Source: Methylotenera sp.
GTDB taxonomy: Bacteria > Pseudomonadota > Gammaproteobacteria > Burkholderiales > Methylophilaceae
Assembly (NCBI GenBank): GCA_043759515.1
Contig: JAYVLK010000010.1
Location: forward strand, 28,104-92,103
Length of the DNA stretch: 64,000 bases
Direction of reading: 5' to 3'
Below, piece after piece: positions 1-9,559 of this stretch. The notes beneath the pieces were generated by a model. That model searched no databases, had not been told where the DNA came from, and saw nothing but the letters and a program-made list of their open reading frames with translations. Each line of letters begins with the position of its first letter. Within the stretch, counting starts at the first letter, position 1. A program made the position numbers and the translations under genes.

Positions 1-389
1 TTGTTGATAGCGCTTAACATGGCGGCATAAGTATTAGGGCCATCTACCAGTAAATCAACCTTGTTGCCAACAATAAGTGGGCTACCAATCACTTGGCCAA
101 TTAACACTAAATGCTTGTCAAAAATACTGGTTTCCACATTATTTTTTTTAAGCCTGGCCAAGATTTGTTGGCTTTGTTGCGGGCTTAGGGGGCCGTTTGC
201 GTTTTCTAACGCAATCTTTTTAACTGCGATTTTGTTAGGAGAATGCGACGCCATATCTGGTACCATAATCGGTATAGAAGAACAAGCAACTAAACTTGTC
301 ACAATCAATGCAATCATCAATGTATTGGATTGACTAGTTAGCGAGCGAATAGGCAAAATCTGCATTTTTGGTTTCCATTTTATAGTCAT
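1..389 (-). CDS. Cardiolipin synthase/phospholipase D family lipoprotein, N-terminal part (runs off window)
   Basis: Manual translation: M(TIKWKPKM)QILPIRS...LVACSS...GSPLIVGNKVDLLVDGPNTYAAMLSAIN, typical of the entry into a Cls PLD domain. Start is 389 or 365. Not in the ORF track. Confidence 0.75.
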   Translation of the reverse strand, partial: MTIKWKPKMQILPIRSLTSQSNTLMIALIVTSLVACSSIPIMVPDMASHSPNKIAVKKIALENANGPLSPQQSQQILARLKKNNVETSIFDKHLVLIGQVIGSPLIVGNKVDLLVDGPNTYAAMLSAIN

Positions 390-465
390 TATTATTTAAT
401 TTAACCAGAATTACGTTGGTCATTAAGAACCTCGCCTTAATATAATGCTTTTAGCCAAAATGTTA

Positions 466-481
466 AGTACGCCAGCGCACA
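466..481. promoter_or_regulatory. Crp-variant site AGTAC-GCCAGC-GCACA, probably bidirectional
   Basis: CATAAT at 503 (+) and TATATT at 444-439 (-), each 21 bp from the site. Confidence 0.7.
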
Positions 482-612
482 GAACATTTGAACCTTGTTA
501 TGCATAATATTTTCGTTGGATAATTTTGCAAGTTGACCAATTTAAATGCTGTAATTTAAATGCTGTAGTCGAATACTAAAACTGCAAAAAAATCTGCGCT
601 TTTTTACTTATT

Positions 613-942
613 ATGGAGATTAAAATGAAACAATTTAAAATGATTTATGCGTTTTTATTAGTTGCAGCATTGGCTACATTATTGGGTTGTGCATCAACCT
701 CAACTAAATCTGGTACTGGTGAATATATTGACGACACAGTGATCACTACCAAAGTAAAAGCGGCTATTTTGAATGAAGAAACGTTAAAATCTGCCGAGAT
801 AAACGTTGAAACATTTAAAGGCGTGGTGCAATTAAGCGGCTTTGTTAATTCTCAAGAGGATATTACAAAAGCAGCACAAGTGGCTAGAGAAGTTAAAGGC
901 GTAACTTCTGTAAAAAATGATATGAAGTTAAAAGGTAAGTAA
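613..942 (+). CDS. BON-domain (OsmY-like) lipoprotein
   Basis: Lipobox LLGC; motif GEYIDDTVITTKVKAAI...VQLSGFV...VKGVTSVKND. Confidence 0.92.
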   Translation: MEIKMKQFKMIYAFLLVAALATLLGCASTSTKSGTGEYIDDTVITTKVKAAILNEETLKSAEINVETFKGVVQLSGFVNSQEDITKAAQVAREVKGVTSVKNDMKLKGK

Positions 943-957
943 TTGATGATATAAATC

Positions 958-992
958 TTCAAGCAAGCGCATTTAAAATGCGCTTGCTTGAA
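958..992. terminator. Hairpin between convergent genes
   Basis: TTCAAGCAAGCGCATTT-A-AAATGCGCTTGCTTGAA. Confidence 0.7.
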
Positions 993-1127
993 ACTGATAC
1001 TTATAACTTTTGGCGATTTAATTACCTGCACAAAAACATTCATATTTTACAAAACTAATCATCTGTTTTCGTTCTTAATCGTATTATTTTCTACTAGCGC
1101 AAATTTAGCGCACCTAATTTAGCGAAC

Positions 1128-1844
1128 CTAACTTAGCGTACCCATGAATTTTTCATACACTGCATTATCAGATTCATAACAAACACAAGATTGTTGCAAT
1201 AATTTTGGCAGGTTAAGAATACTGACATGACCACGGCTATAGCGAATGATATTGTGTCTTTGCAAAACACTTGCTGCCTTGGTTATGCCCACTCTACGTA
1301 CGCCAAGCATTTGTGCCAATGTTTCATGAGTAATCATCAATTCATCAGCCTTAGCTCTTGATTGCAACATTAGAAAAATTTTAGCTAATCGACATTCCAA
1401 TAGATGAAAATGATTGCATACGCTGTACTGCATTAACTGACTCATTACAACAAAAGTGTAATTTTTTAAAACGCTGGAAAATGCAGAATTTTTTTGCATA
1501 AAAACTTCAAATTTTTCTACGCTCATGCGCCAAGCAAAACCATGTTTTAGTACGATCGCCCTACAGCTTGTTTGATCGATATTCAAGTTAAGATTAATGT
1601 TAAGCATACCCTCAGACCCAATGAGTGATAACAACAAGTATGGGCAACCAGAAATCTTTTTCTCCCACGAAATAATGCCCGATAGCGGGAAATACGCATA
1701 AGCAACTGCCTCATTTGGGTTCATTAAAGCTTGTCCCACAGTTAGCTCTATTAGCTCACACTGGCTTATTACATCTTTAACATTTTTACTGATTAAAAGT
1801 TGAAGTAAGTGGTTATGCCCATTAACAGTTTGAATACTTGTCAC
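1128..1844 (-). CDS. Crp/Fnr-family transcriptional regulator (Crp-1)
   Basis: cNMP-like N-domain; HTH THETLAQMLGVRRVGITKAA; C-terminal SCVCY. Confidence 0.92.
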   Translation of the reverse strand: MTSIQTVNGHNHLLQLLISKNVKDVISQCELIELTVGQALMNPNEAVAYAYFPLSGIISWEKKISGCPYLLLSLIGSEGMLNINLNLNIDQTSCRAIVLKHGFAWRMSVEKFEVFMQKNSAFSSVLKNYTFVVMSQLMQYSVCNHFHLLECRLAKIFLMLQSRAKADELMITHETLAQMLGVRRVGITKAASVLQRHNIIRYSRGHVSILNLPKLLQQSCVCYESDNAVYEKFMGTLS

Positions 1845-1965
1845 TTAATATTATTCCTTGAACATCTTGGCTTGGTTCATTCATATCCTGCATCTTTTTT
1901 AAACTGCAAAAAATAATAGTTATATTTGCGTTTAAACAAATTAACGCACTTTAGTTACATGACTC

Positions 1966-1981
1966 TGTTCGCTAGTGCACA
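1966..1981 (-). promoter_or_regulatory. Crp-variant site upstream of Crp-1
   Basis: Minus strand TGTGC-ACTAGC-GAACA-GA; TAATTT 22 bp downstream. Confidence 0.65.
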
Positions 1982-2016
1982 TTAAGATAGATCAAAATTA
2001 GACTCAATTATTTATA

Positions 2017-2032
2017 TGTGCGCTAGCACACT
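2017..2032 (+). promoter_or_regulatory. Crp-variant site
   Basis: TGTGC-GCTAGC-ACACT-GA; TAAAAT at 2053. Confidence 0.6.
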
Positions 2033-2444
2033 GATTTATTCATTCATCAATTTAAAATATATTTTGCTAATAAATGATTTCAAATTGAATAAATATTTGT
2101 AGTTCATTTGCATCAAATTTACGTGCTTTGTGTTGTTAAGATTTTTTTAAATCAATAAAGCGATGAGTAACACAAAGGGCTAAAAAAAATGCACCAAGAT
2201 AGAAACAATGAAAACTGGCCTGAATTAAAACGAAAAAACAACGTTTATTTTCAGATGAAGATTTGCATATAAAGCCTCGCAGCCATTTTGAAAATCTTGC
2301 GAACAAAACTGAAAAGCGACAGATAAGTAAAAATATAAAAGCTAACGATGAGATGTTTGACAAAAACGCATCATCTTATGATTTAACCAAGAATGATTTG
2401 GCCAATGATGATTTAACCGGGAATGTTCACAATGATGGAATTGC

Positions 2445-3080
2445 GTGAGCTTAAATAATATGAATGTTATCAATTATTTAGTACTAATTACCACATTAAA
2501 TGCTGGTTTAATGCCCAAAGCTATTGCCCAAAATTTGTCTCAAATTGAGCCTCCTAATACTTACCAAAGCATGTCTAAAGAAACTTACGAACAACATTAC
2601 CAAACCTTTAATGCTGAATTTCAAACGGCAATGCATCAATGTGCGTCAATAAACAACGCGATAGTTGCTAATAAGCCAAAACAAATTGCAATTATTAAGA
2701 ATGATAAAGTCATCATTAATAATAAAGCACAATGTAAATCTCACGCATTTGCAAATAGAGACATTAAAAAAGCAGACTTACAAGCACGCTATAAACCGAC
2801 TATACAAAACCGCTACCGCGCAAATATGATTAAGGCGGAATTAAATTATAAATTGACCAGCGAGCAATGCGTCACCTTACGATTTGATCAAGAAATTAGT
2901 TGCGTGAAAGCAGCTAAAAACCACCGTAGCGCTGAGGCTGCTAATGCAAGAGCGCAACGTAATATAGAAATGAACCAAGCAATTTTAAAAAGCAAAATTT
3001 ACAAATTAGAGCAGTTTAATGAAAGTCACAATCCGTTTGTGTCCACCGATTTAAAAAGACCGATCAAATACATGACTTAA
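2445..3080 (+). CDS. Hypothetical exported helical protein with four Cys
   Basis: Signal-peptide-like N-terminus; two repeats each with a Cys pair; start may be ATG 2460. Confidence 0.65.
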   Translation: MSLNNMNVINYLVLITTLNAGLMPKAIAQNLSQIEPPNTYQSMSKETYEQHYQTFNAEFQTAMHQCASINNAIVANKPKQIAIIKNDKVIINNKAQCKSHAFANRDIKKADLQARYKPTIQNRYRANMIKAELNYKLTSEQCVTLRFDQEISCVKAAKNHRSAEAANARAQRNIEMNQAILKSKIYKLEQFNESHNPFVSTDLKRPIKYMT

Positions 3081-3277
3081 CAATCTTGATCTATTAACTA
3101 CTAAATACCATTCAAGTTCAATATCCAACAAACGTAATCATAATCAATCGACCTTTTCAAACCATTTGATACGTAATTTAAATGTGCGAAAAGCCAATAG
3201 TTTTACATCTAATTTTTAAAATATTTGTTACAAATCGTTAATTAATTTAAAAGTAAACAATTAAATAGAAAGCCAAT

Positions 3278-3763
3278 ATGAAACCTAAATTAAAATTTTT
3301 ACTGCCCAATATTAAAGCAGCTCAACTAGCCTCTGATGCGCTTTTATTAGCCAGGGTTGATGCTAAAGCAATTACTTTTTTAGCCAAACCTGGTACGCAA
3401 TTAGGTAAATTGCAAGTAGCTAGCACCATAGACAGCACTAATATGGTGAATGGTGGTGAAAAAGGCATTATGTATGGCGCCATTGTTGGATTTTTGATCG
3501 GCCTATACATCTACTATTTTGAACCTTGGGTTGCTGAAACCGTAAAAGCACACGTGGCGGTGATTATCATCGTTTCAACAATGATAGGCGCGCTAGCATC
3601 TGCCATTGGTGCTGCTGTATTTGGCGTAAATATGTTTAATACTGATTTAAATGAATACAAAAATAAGATTGATGCAGGCGCCGTGTTATTGATTGTTAGT
3701 GTTCCTTCTGAGCGCTCTGCTGAAATTCGCAAGATTATTAAAGAGTTACATACAAAATATTAA
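3278..3763 (+). CDS. Glycine-zipper membrane protein (DUF1269/general-stress-like)
   Basis: Two Gly-rich TM segments; C-terminal IDAGAVLLIVSVP. Confidence 0.7.
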   Translation: MKPKLKFLLPNIKAAQLASDALLLARVDAKAITFLAKPGTQLGKLQVASTIDSTNMVNGGEKGIMYGAIVGFLIGLYIYYFEPWVAETVKAHVAVIIIVSTMIGALASAIGAAVFGVNMFNTDLNEYKNKIDAGAVLLIVSVPSERSAEIRKIIKELHTKY

Positions 3764-3835
3764 ATAGCATTTTGTTAGTAGGATTTATAAATATGAAAAA
3801 TAGATAATCAAAGCTTGCTTATCAAAATAAAGCCT

Positions 3836-3898
3836 AAAAAAAACCCTCTACAATTTGTAGAGGGTAAAACCACGCTTAGGGGAACGTGGGGAGAACAC
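3836..3898 (-). ncRNA. Candidate CU-rich small RNA with intrinsic terminator
   Basis: GUGUUCUCC-CCACG[UUCCCCUAAG]CGUGG-UUUU-ACCCUCUAC[AAAUU]GUAGAGGGU followed by a U-tract. Confidence 0.55.
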
Positions 3899-3969
3899 TT
3901 AAAAATCTATATCTAATAAAATTTGCCAGTAATATACTTAATACTAGATCTGCATATATTTTACTAAAT

Positions 3970-4419
3970 TTACATGCCTGAATTCATATTTGAACTAGAA
4001 TTCATGGATGAAGAAGAGTTTCTAGTTGGCGTACCATAAAAATCATGTACGCTATCTATCCAAGTTTCATCTGCCATATCTGGCCAATCGTCTTTGTCAA
4101 AACCTGGGGCAGATTCCAATTTAGAACTTTCCACATTTAAAACGAATCGTTTGTTTTCAGTATCTAGTGTTAACGCTTGCCAAGGCACTGCAAAAAGTTT
4201 TTCGCCCATGCCCATAAACCCGCCGTAAGATAAAACTGCGTAGCTCACCATTCCTGATTCCATGTCCAGCATTATTTCGATAATGTCACCTAGATCTTCG
4301 TCATCTGAACTATAAACATCGTTGCCTATTAGCGTGTCAGCACCCATTAAGCGTGGCCCTGGGCCGTTTCCATCATTGCTGGTGTACATGCCATAAGTAT
4401 CTTTATCTTCGTAACTCAT
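3970..4419 (-). CDS. PRC-barrel domain protein
   Basis: ADTLIGNDV...LGDIIEIMLD...YAVLSYGGFMGMGEKLFAVPWQAL...APGFDKDDWPD. Confidence 0.92.
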   Translation of the reverse strand: MSYEDKDTYGMYTSNDGNGPGPRLMGADTLIGNDVYSSDDEDLGDIIEIMLDMESGMVSYAVLSYGGFMGMGEKLFAVPWQALTLDTENKRFVLNVESSKLESAPGFDKDDWPDMADETWIDSVHDFYGTPTRNSSSSMNSSSNMNSGM

Positions 4420-4539
4420 TTTTTTCTCCTAAACCAATTCAGCAATTATTTTTTGGTTTTATTCAATTAAACGTGCGTTTTATAACAACCGCGTTATTTG
4501 CAACATGAATGAATAATAAAAGTTAATTAAAGCGTGTTC

Positions 4540-4555
4540 TGTACGTTAATTAACA
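4540..4555 (-). promoter_or_regulatory. Crp-variant site upstream of PRC-barrel gene
   Basis: Minus strand TGTTA-ATTAAC-GTACA-GA; TATTAT 21 bp downstream (4518-4513). Confidence 0.65.
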
Positions 4556-4572
4556 TAAGAACATTATTTTAA

Positions 4573-6300
4573 TTAATTAATCTCAATTAAAGCAGGTTTA
4601 GATTTTAAAAGGTGCCTTGTAAATTCACTTGCAATTAAAGGGTGGCCAAACAAATAACCTTGACCTTCTTCGCAGTGGCGTGCTCTTAAAAAGCCTAACT
4701 GAGTGGCATTTTCAATGCCTTCAGCCACTACTTTTAGTTTCAAGCTATTACCCATGTTGATAATAGCGCTCACAATAACTCCATCGTCCTTAGCAGATTC
4801 GATATTTTGCACAAATGATTGATCTATTTTTAATACGTCAATAGGGAATTTTTGCAAATAACTTAAACTTGAAAATCCAGTGCCAAAATCGTCAACAGCT
4901 AATTTTAAACCCATATCTTTAAGCTGTTGCAAGATCAGTTTGCTACAGTGTGCATCGCGCATTAATACACTTTCTGTGATTTCTAATTCTAAATACTGGG
5001 CTTCTAGCTTGGTTTCAGCCAATATTTCTGCCACACCTTCAACAAAATCCTTTTGTAAAAATTCTTTGGCCGAAATATTTACCGCCATTGTAATAGTGCT
5101 TAAACCTAATTCTTGCCAACGCTTGGCTTGCAAACATGCTTGACGCAAAGCCCAGCGCCCAATGGGGACAATTAATCCGCAATCTTCTGCCACTGGTATA
5201 AAAATATCAGGAAACACTTCTCCCCATTCTTCATGTTGCCAGCGCAAAAGCGCTTCTGCTCCTGTCACTAAGCCAGTGTTTAAGTTAACTTTGGGTTGAT
5301 AATGTAAAACGAACTGTTGTTTTTCTAATGCCATGCGTAAATTTGCTTCTATCACCAAGCGTTCAATCGCGCGAGAATTCATCTCACCTTTAAAAAATTG
5401 GTAATTATTTCGCCCTTTTTGCTTGGCATGATACATCGCCGTATCAGCGCTTTTTATCAGAGTATCTGCATCCAAGCCATCATTAGGATATACGCTTATA
5501 CCGATGCTACCACTAATATGCAGCTCATTAGAGGCGATGGTTTTAGGGGTAGACAACGAATCTAGGATCTTTTGAGCGGTTACAGAGGCATCGTCCCCGC
5601 TTTTGGTTTCTGCCAGCAATATAATAAATTCGTCTCCGCCTTGACGAGTGACTGTATCACTACTTCGAACGCAATCTAACAAACAATGGGTTACCAGCTG
5701 TAATAGTTTGTCACCAGTGGAATGCCCTAGCGAATCGTTGATGTGTTTAAAATTATCTAAATCTAAAAACAAAATTGCTAGCTGAGTACCATGACGTTTT
5801 GCTGATTCTATGGCTTGCGCAATACGGTCGATAAGCAAAATGCGATTGGGTAAATTAGTTAAATAATCATGTTGTGCAAAATGTGCCATTTTTAACGACA
5901 TGACTTTTGATGCGGTAATATCGTGAAAAACAATGACCACGCCAGTCAGTACGCCGTTCCAATCGTGAATGGGCGAAGTTGAATCTTCAATGAATATCTC
6001 GCTGCCATCACGTTTAACTAAAATAGTATCTTGTGGTAATAACTTAACCGTGTTGGACGCTAAAACCAGATCGACTGGGCTACAAACCGCTTGCCGCGTG
6101 TGGCCATTTATAATGTTAAAAACTTCGTTAATGGGTTTACCAAGTGATTGCTCTCTAGACCAGCCTGATATTTTTTCAGCTGCATTATTCATGTAATCAA
6201 CTATGCCATTTAGATCAGTACATATAACGGCATCGCCTATGGAAAGTAGCGCTATTTCAGCCCTAATTTTTGCTTTATAAGCATCGTCATTACGGATCAT
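4573..6300 (-). CDS. PAS-GGDEF-EAL c-di-GMP cyclase/phosphodiesterase
   Basis: SIGDAVICTD PAS domain; intact GGDEF, EAL and DDFGTG motifs. Confidence 0.95.
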   Translation of the reverse strand: MIRNDDAYKAKIRAEIALLSIGDAVICTDLNGIVDYMNNAAEKISGWSREQSLGKPINEVFNIINGHTRQAVCSPVDLVLASNTVKLLPQDTILVKRDGSEIFIEDSTSPIHDWNGVLTGVVIVFHDITASKVMSLKMAHFAQHDYLTNLPNRILLIDRIAQAIESAKRHGTQLAILFLDLDNFKHINDSLGHSTGDKLLQLVTHCLLDCVRSSDTVTRQGGDEFIILLAETKSGDDASVTAQKILDSLSTPKTIASNELHISGSIGISVYPNDGLDADTLIKSADTAMYHAKQKGRNNYQFFKGEMNSRAIERLVIEANLRMALEKQQFVLHYQPKVNLNTGLVTGAEALLRWQHEEWGEVFPDIFIPVAEDCGLIVPIGRWALRQACLQAKRWQELGLSTITMAVNISAKEFLQKDFVEGVAEILAETKLEAQYLELEITESVLMRDAHCSKLILQQLKDMGLKLAVDDFGTGFSSLSYLQKFPIDVLKIDQSFVQNIESAKDDGVIVSAIINMGNSLKLKVVAEGIENATQLGFLRARHCEEGQGYLFGHPLIASEFTRHLLKSKPALIEIN

Positions 6301-6504
6301 CGCATATCCACTGACACTGAGCGTGCGTATAAATAAATTAATTGGGGATAGTTCACGATTAAAAGTTTACTTAGCCTTAAAGGTTCTTATTAAATATTTT
6401 TTTAGATTGCTGTGGCTTTAAAAATACGCAAGTTAGGCGCATATTTTCTATTAATTAAATTAAATAATAACTAATCGATATTACAATTTGAGACTGTTCA
6501 AGTC

Positions 6505-6520
6505 TGTGCAATAGCGCACA
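6505..6520 (-). promoter_or_regulatory. Crp-variant site (perfect 7-bp arms) upstream of GGDEF-EAL gene
   Basis: TCTGTGC-AATAGC-GCACAGA; TAATAT 21 bp away on the minus strand (6483-6478). Confidence 0.75.
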
Positions 6521-6634
6521 GATTTATTTAATTTTTTAAGATGGTTATTATCAAATTTAAATACAAATTAAGACCCACCAAAATAACTTGGCAGGTTTTA
6601 ATCAATCAAATCAATGCAAAGTTTAAGAAAGAAC

Positions 6635-7633
6635 TTATCCTTTAACTTGCAAATTATTTACAACAGACTTAACACCAGCTAAGTTTTTAACCACATCTTC
6701 AGCTTTCATTTTAGCAGCTTGAGTCTCTGCCATACCCGTTAAAGTCACTTCACCGTTAATCGTTTTAACACTTATATCTAAGGTTTTTAAATCTTCAGTG
6801 GCTAATATTTGTGCTTTGGCTTTAGTGGTTATCATACTGTCATCTACCACTGCGCCTACTGGCCTATCAGAAGTTGGGGCTGATGATGTGTCACCTTGAG
6901 TTGTGCTATTACCTTGGGTTGTGCTATTAGCCTCAGTTGATGTGTCTTTGCTGGTAGTTGCATCACGTTTCATGCTGCTGTCAGTAGAATCTGGCGCGGC
7001 AGTGGTGTTTTCTGCCATTTGCATATCAGACGCACTTGCCGATGACGCATTATTATCATTCACATTATTAATAGCTGCATCGTTTTGGCTAGTGTCACTT
7101 ACTTTGCCACTTTTTGGCATTGAAGTTGTAGACATAGATTCAGATGGATCACCGCCTTTAAACGTAATATATTCGTTTTGATCTAAAGAATTGCTGTTGT
7201 CGGTATCAGCCGCATCAAAAGTCTTTTTGTTAAAAGCCTTGCCACGTGACGCTTCGTTGCGTAGCACCAGACCATTACCAGATTTGTCTAATTCGGCAAA
7301 CTCAGCTGCAAGTGGTTTCATCCAATCATTGGTTACTTGAGTATTGCCAGAACTACTATTTGATTGATTACTGCTTGATTGTTCACTGCTTGATTGTTCA
7401 CTGGCCGCACCACTCATTGGCGTTTCAGTTTGTACGCCAGTAGAATCTAATGAATCTGACGGATTTGTCTGATTTGATGGATTTACTACGCTTGTTGGAT
7501 TTTCTGCATTTGGTGAATTAGTTGATTGTGATTGATCATTCATGTCATCGGCTGAAATTGCCACATTGGCAGTTGAACCAAATGCTAGCAATATAGCTAG
7601 GGTTGACGCTTTAATTAAAGGCTTAAAGTTCAT
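6635..7633 (-). CDS. Exported protein with EF-hand pair and C-terminal BON domain
   Basis: Signal peptide; DKSGNGLVLRNE and DTDNSNSLDQNE loops; S/T/N/Q-rich linkers; VDDSMITTKAKA BON domain. Confidence 0.85.
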   Translation of the reverse strand: MNFKPLIKASTLAILLAFGSTANVAISADDMNDQSQSTNSPNAENPTSVVNPSNQTNPSDSLDSTGVQTETPMSGAASEQSSSEQSSSNQSNSSSGNTQVTNDWMKPLAAEFAELDKSGNGLVLRNEASRGKAFNKKTFDAADTDNSNSLDQNEYITFKGGDPSESMSTTSMPKSGKVSDTSQNDAAINNVNDNNASSASASDMQMAENTTAAPDSTDSSMKRDATTSKDTSTEANSTTQGNSTTQGDTSSAPTSDRPVGAVVDDSMITTKAKAQILATEDLKTLDISVKTINGEVTLTGMAETQAAKMKAEDVVKNLAGVKSVVNNLQVKG

Positions 7634-7769
7634 TATGTACTCCTAAATAAAATAAAGTTATGCAAAACACATATTGTTTTTACGCTAAAGCGTGTACTAA
7701 TGTATTTTGTAAAGCCGTAGTATTATTTAAAAGAGATAATCGTTACAGTCCCCAGTGTACTGAAATTAT

Positions 7770-7787
7770 TGTAAGACAGTGCTTACA
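7770..7787. promoter_or_regulatory. GacA-box-like palindrome TGTAAG-ACAGTG-CTTACA
   Basis: Exact match to TGTAAG-N6-CTTACA, upstream of the EF-hand/BON gene. Confidence 0.65.
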
Positions 7788-7842
7788 TAATTTTTAAAAT
7801 ACCATATTTTAAAGCACAATATTTTAAAAAAAGTTTCAATAT

Positions 7843-9294
7843 TTAAGTACTTAAACCAAGTTTGTTGCCGCGGTTATCTTCTACTTCAACATTTAACGGG
7901 ATCAAAGCCATTGTATAAAGCCCTTTGCCTTGTTCACTAGCCATCTCAAAATGTCCGCCAATTGCCATCACTCGATGGCGCATGCCTGATAAGCCATGTG
8001 TATTTTCTTTTACAGCTTGCATATCCATACCAACGCCATTATCTTCAATTTCCATTTTTAAATGATTATCATCAACCATCATATCTATATTTATTTGGGT
8101 AGCTTTTGCATATTTATTTGCGTTATTTAAACTTTCTTGCACTACCCTGTAAGCCACTAAACTAATAGTTTCATTTAGCACTACAGTTTCTTCAGGCAAA
8201 TTGAGCGTTAACGCCCATTTATTACGTTCTGCTGCATCTTTAATCAACGCGTTCAATGCTGGCCAAAATCCAAAAGTGGAAATCATAGAGGGGTGCAGTT
8301 CTTGCACAATATGACGTTGAAACGCGATACCTTGATCAATATAAGAAGTGGTTTTGTTTAATTTAACTGCTAATTCTGGTGCAATATCGCCAAGCTTTTT
8401 AATCGTCCAAGCTAAATCCATTTTAGTGGCTGTAAATATGCTACCCAATTCATCATGCAATTCTCTAGACAATTTTTGCCGTTCCCGCTCAACGTCTGAT
8501 TGATAATCTAGCGCCATGCTTCGCAATAATTTGGTTTGTTGCAATAATTTATCTTCATATACTGTGTTTTGAGCAAGCGCTTGATTTTGTAATTCACTTT
8601 TTAAACGTAATTCTTTGATCAATTGTTTAATCACTAACACCACTAACAATATCAACAATAGCGAACCACCAATCACAGATGCGCGTGCTAAATTAACTGT
8701 TGAAATGCGCTTTTCGATTAGCGAATCGATCTTTTCATTTTGCTCACTGATCAATCTATCGGTATGGGTCACAAATTTCTGCATTTCTTTCATGCCTACA
8801 TCTAGGTTAATCACCTCTTGGGCTTCTTTTGTTTTGCCTTGATTAACTAGCTTGGTTGTTAATATCATTTCGGCGGTTTTTGATTCAATATTAGTAGCAA
8901 TTGCGCGTAACCATTGCAAATCTTCAGGTTTGGTGGTTGATGGAACCTGGTTAACAATATTGACTTCTATTAAGCGAACAAGCGCTCTTGCCCGTTTAAG
9001 TGCATCGTCAAATGGCGCTATATATTCTGGTCTTTGCGTGATGACATAACCGCGCTGCGCACTTTCAGCCTCAAAAAAATTAGATTTCAACTGATGTAAG
9101 CTGGCAACGTTTATTCTGGTTAGCTTAATGTTTTCAACCTGTTTGCTAAGAGACACTATCCAGGCATCGGTAAAAACAATAGAAACCATAGCAACTACTA
9201 ATGCAGCGCTTAACAGGGCAATTGTGCGCCCACCTAGCTGATTAATGAGCTTATTTGCCCAAAACCAAAACTTAATAAAGAGTTTTTTAATCAA
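7843..9294 (-). CDS. CHASE3 sensor histidine kinase (HisKA_3)
   Basis: AESAQRGYVIT CHASE3 motif; ERQKLSRELHDELG H-box; DNGVG; two TM segments. Confidence 0.92.
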   Translation of the reverse strand: MIKKLFIKFWFWANKLINQLGGRTIALLSAALVVAMVSIVFTDAWIVSLSKQVENIKLTRINVASLHQLKSNFFEAESAQRGYVITQRPEYIAPFDDALKRARALVRLIEVNIVNQVPSTTKPEDLQWLRAIATNIESKTAEMILTTKLVNQGKTKEAQEVINLDVGMKEMQKFVTHTDRLISEQNEKIDSLIEKRISTVNLARASVIGGSLLLILLVVLVIKQLIKELRLKSELQNQALAQNTVYEDKLLQQTKLLRSMALDYQSDVERERQKLSRELHDELGSIFTATKMDLAWTIKKLGDIAPELAVKLNKTTSYIDQGIAFQRHIVQELHPSMISTFGFWPALNALIKDAAERNKWALTLNLPEETVVLNETISLVAYRVVQESLNNANKYAKATQINIDMMVDDNHLKMEIEDNGVGMDMQAVKENTHGLSGMRHRVMAIGGHFEMASEQGKGLYTMALIPLNVEVEDNRGNKLGLST

Positions 9295-9373
9295 TTTTGT
9301 TTTCTATCAGTATTTAATTTATTTTTATAAGTTGAAATGCATTTGTTGTGTTTAAGTCTTTAAATTTACGGCT

Positions 9374-9391
9374 TGTAGGCGTGTGCTGACA
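9374..9391. promoter_or_regulatory. GacA-box-like site TGTAGG-CGTGTG-CTGACA
   Basis: Between the divergent kinase and DUF1328 genes; TAAATT at 9413. Confidence 0.55.
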
Positions 9392-9559
9392 ATCAAATCA
9401 GAACACAGTGGCTAAATTTTAACCGTAGTTAAACTTAAAATGCAAAACATAATTAGTGTATTTGCGAATTAATTAATCAGATTAACTTTTGTGAACTGGT
9501 TGTTACAAATTTTTTTCGCGGGTACTTTTGTACAATTTTAAATTGACTGAAAGGGTTAT

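Noticed and set aside
61-333. ORF-track 90-aa plus-strand ORF
   Set aside because: Antisense shadow of the cardiolipin-synthase-like gene.
2159-2174. AGCGA-TGAGTA-ACACA CRP-like site
   Set aside because: Lacks the conserved spacer and has no correctly spaced -10.
2136-2448. ORFs 2136-2363 (-) and 2263-2448 (+)
   Set aside because: No recognisable motifs and weak starts; may be leader or decayed sequence, so they cannot be supported.
3183-3198. TGTGC-GAAAAG-CCAAT as a twelfth Crp box
   Set aside because: Only one half-site matches and the nearest -10 is 3 bp off the conserved spacing.
6297-6366. Pseudogenised N-terminus or 19-codon leader ORF upstream of the GGDEF-EAL gene
   Set aside because: The frame is open for only 22 codons with no recognisable domain remnant, and an intact Crp promoter lies just upstream.
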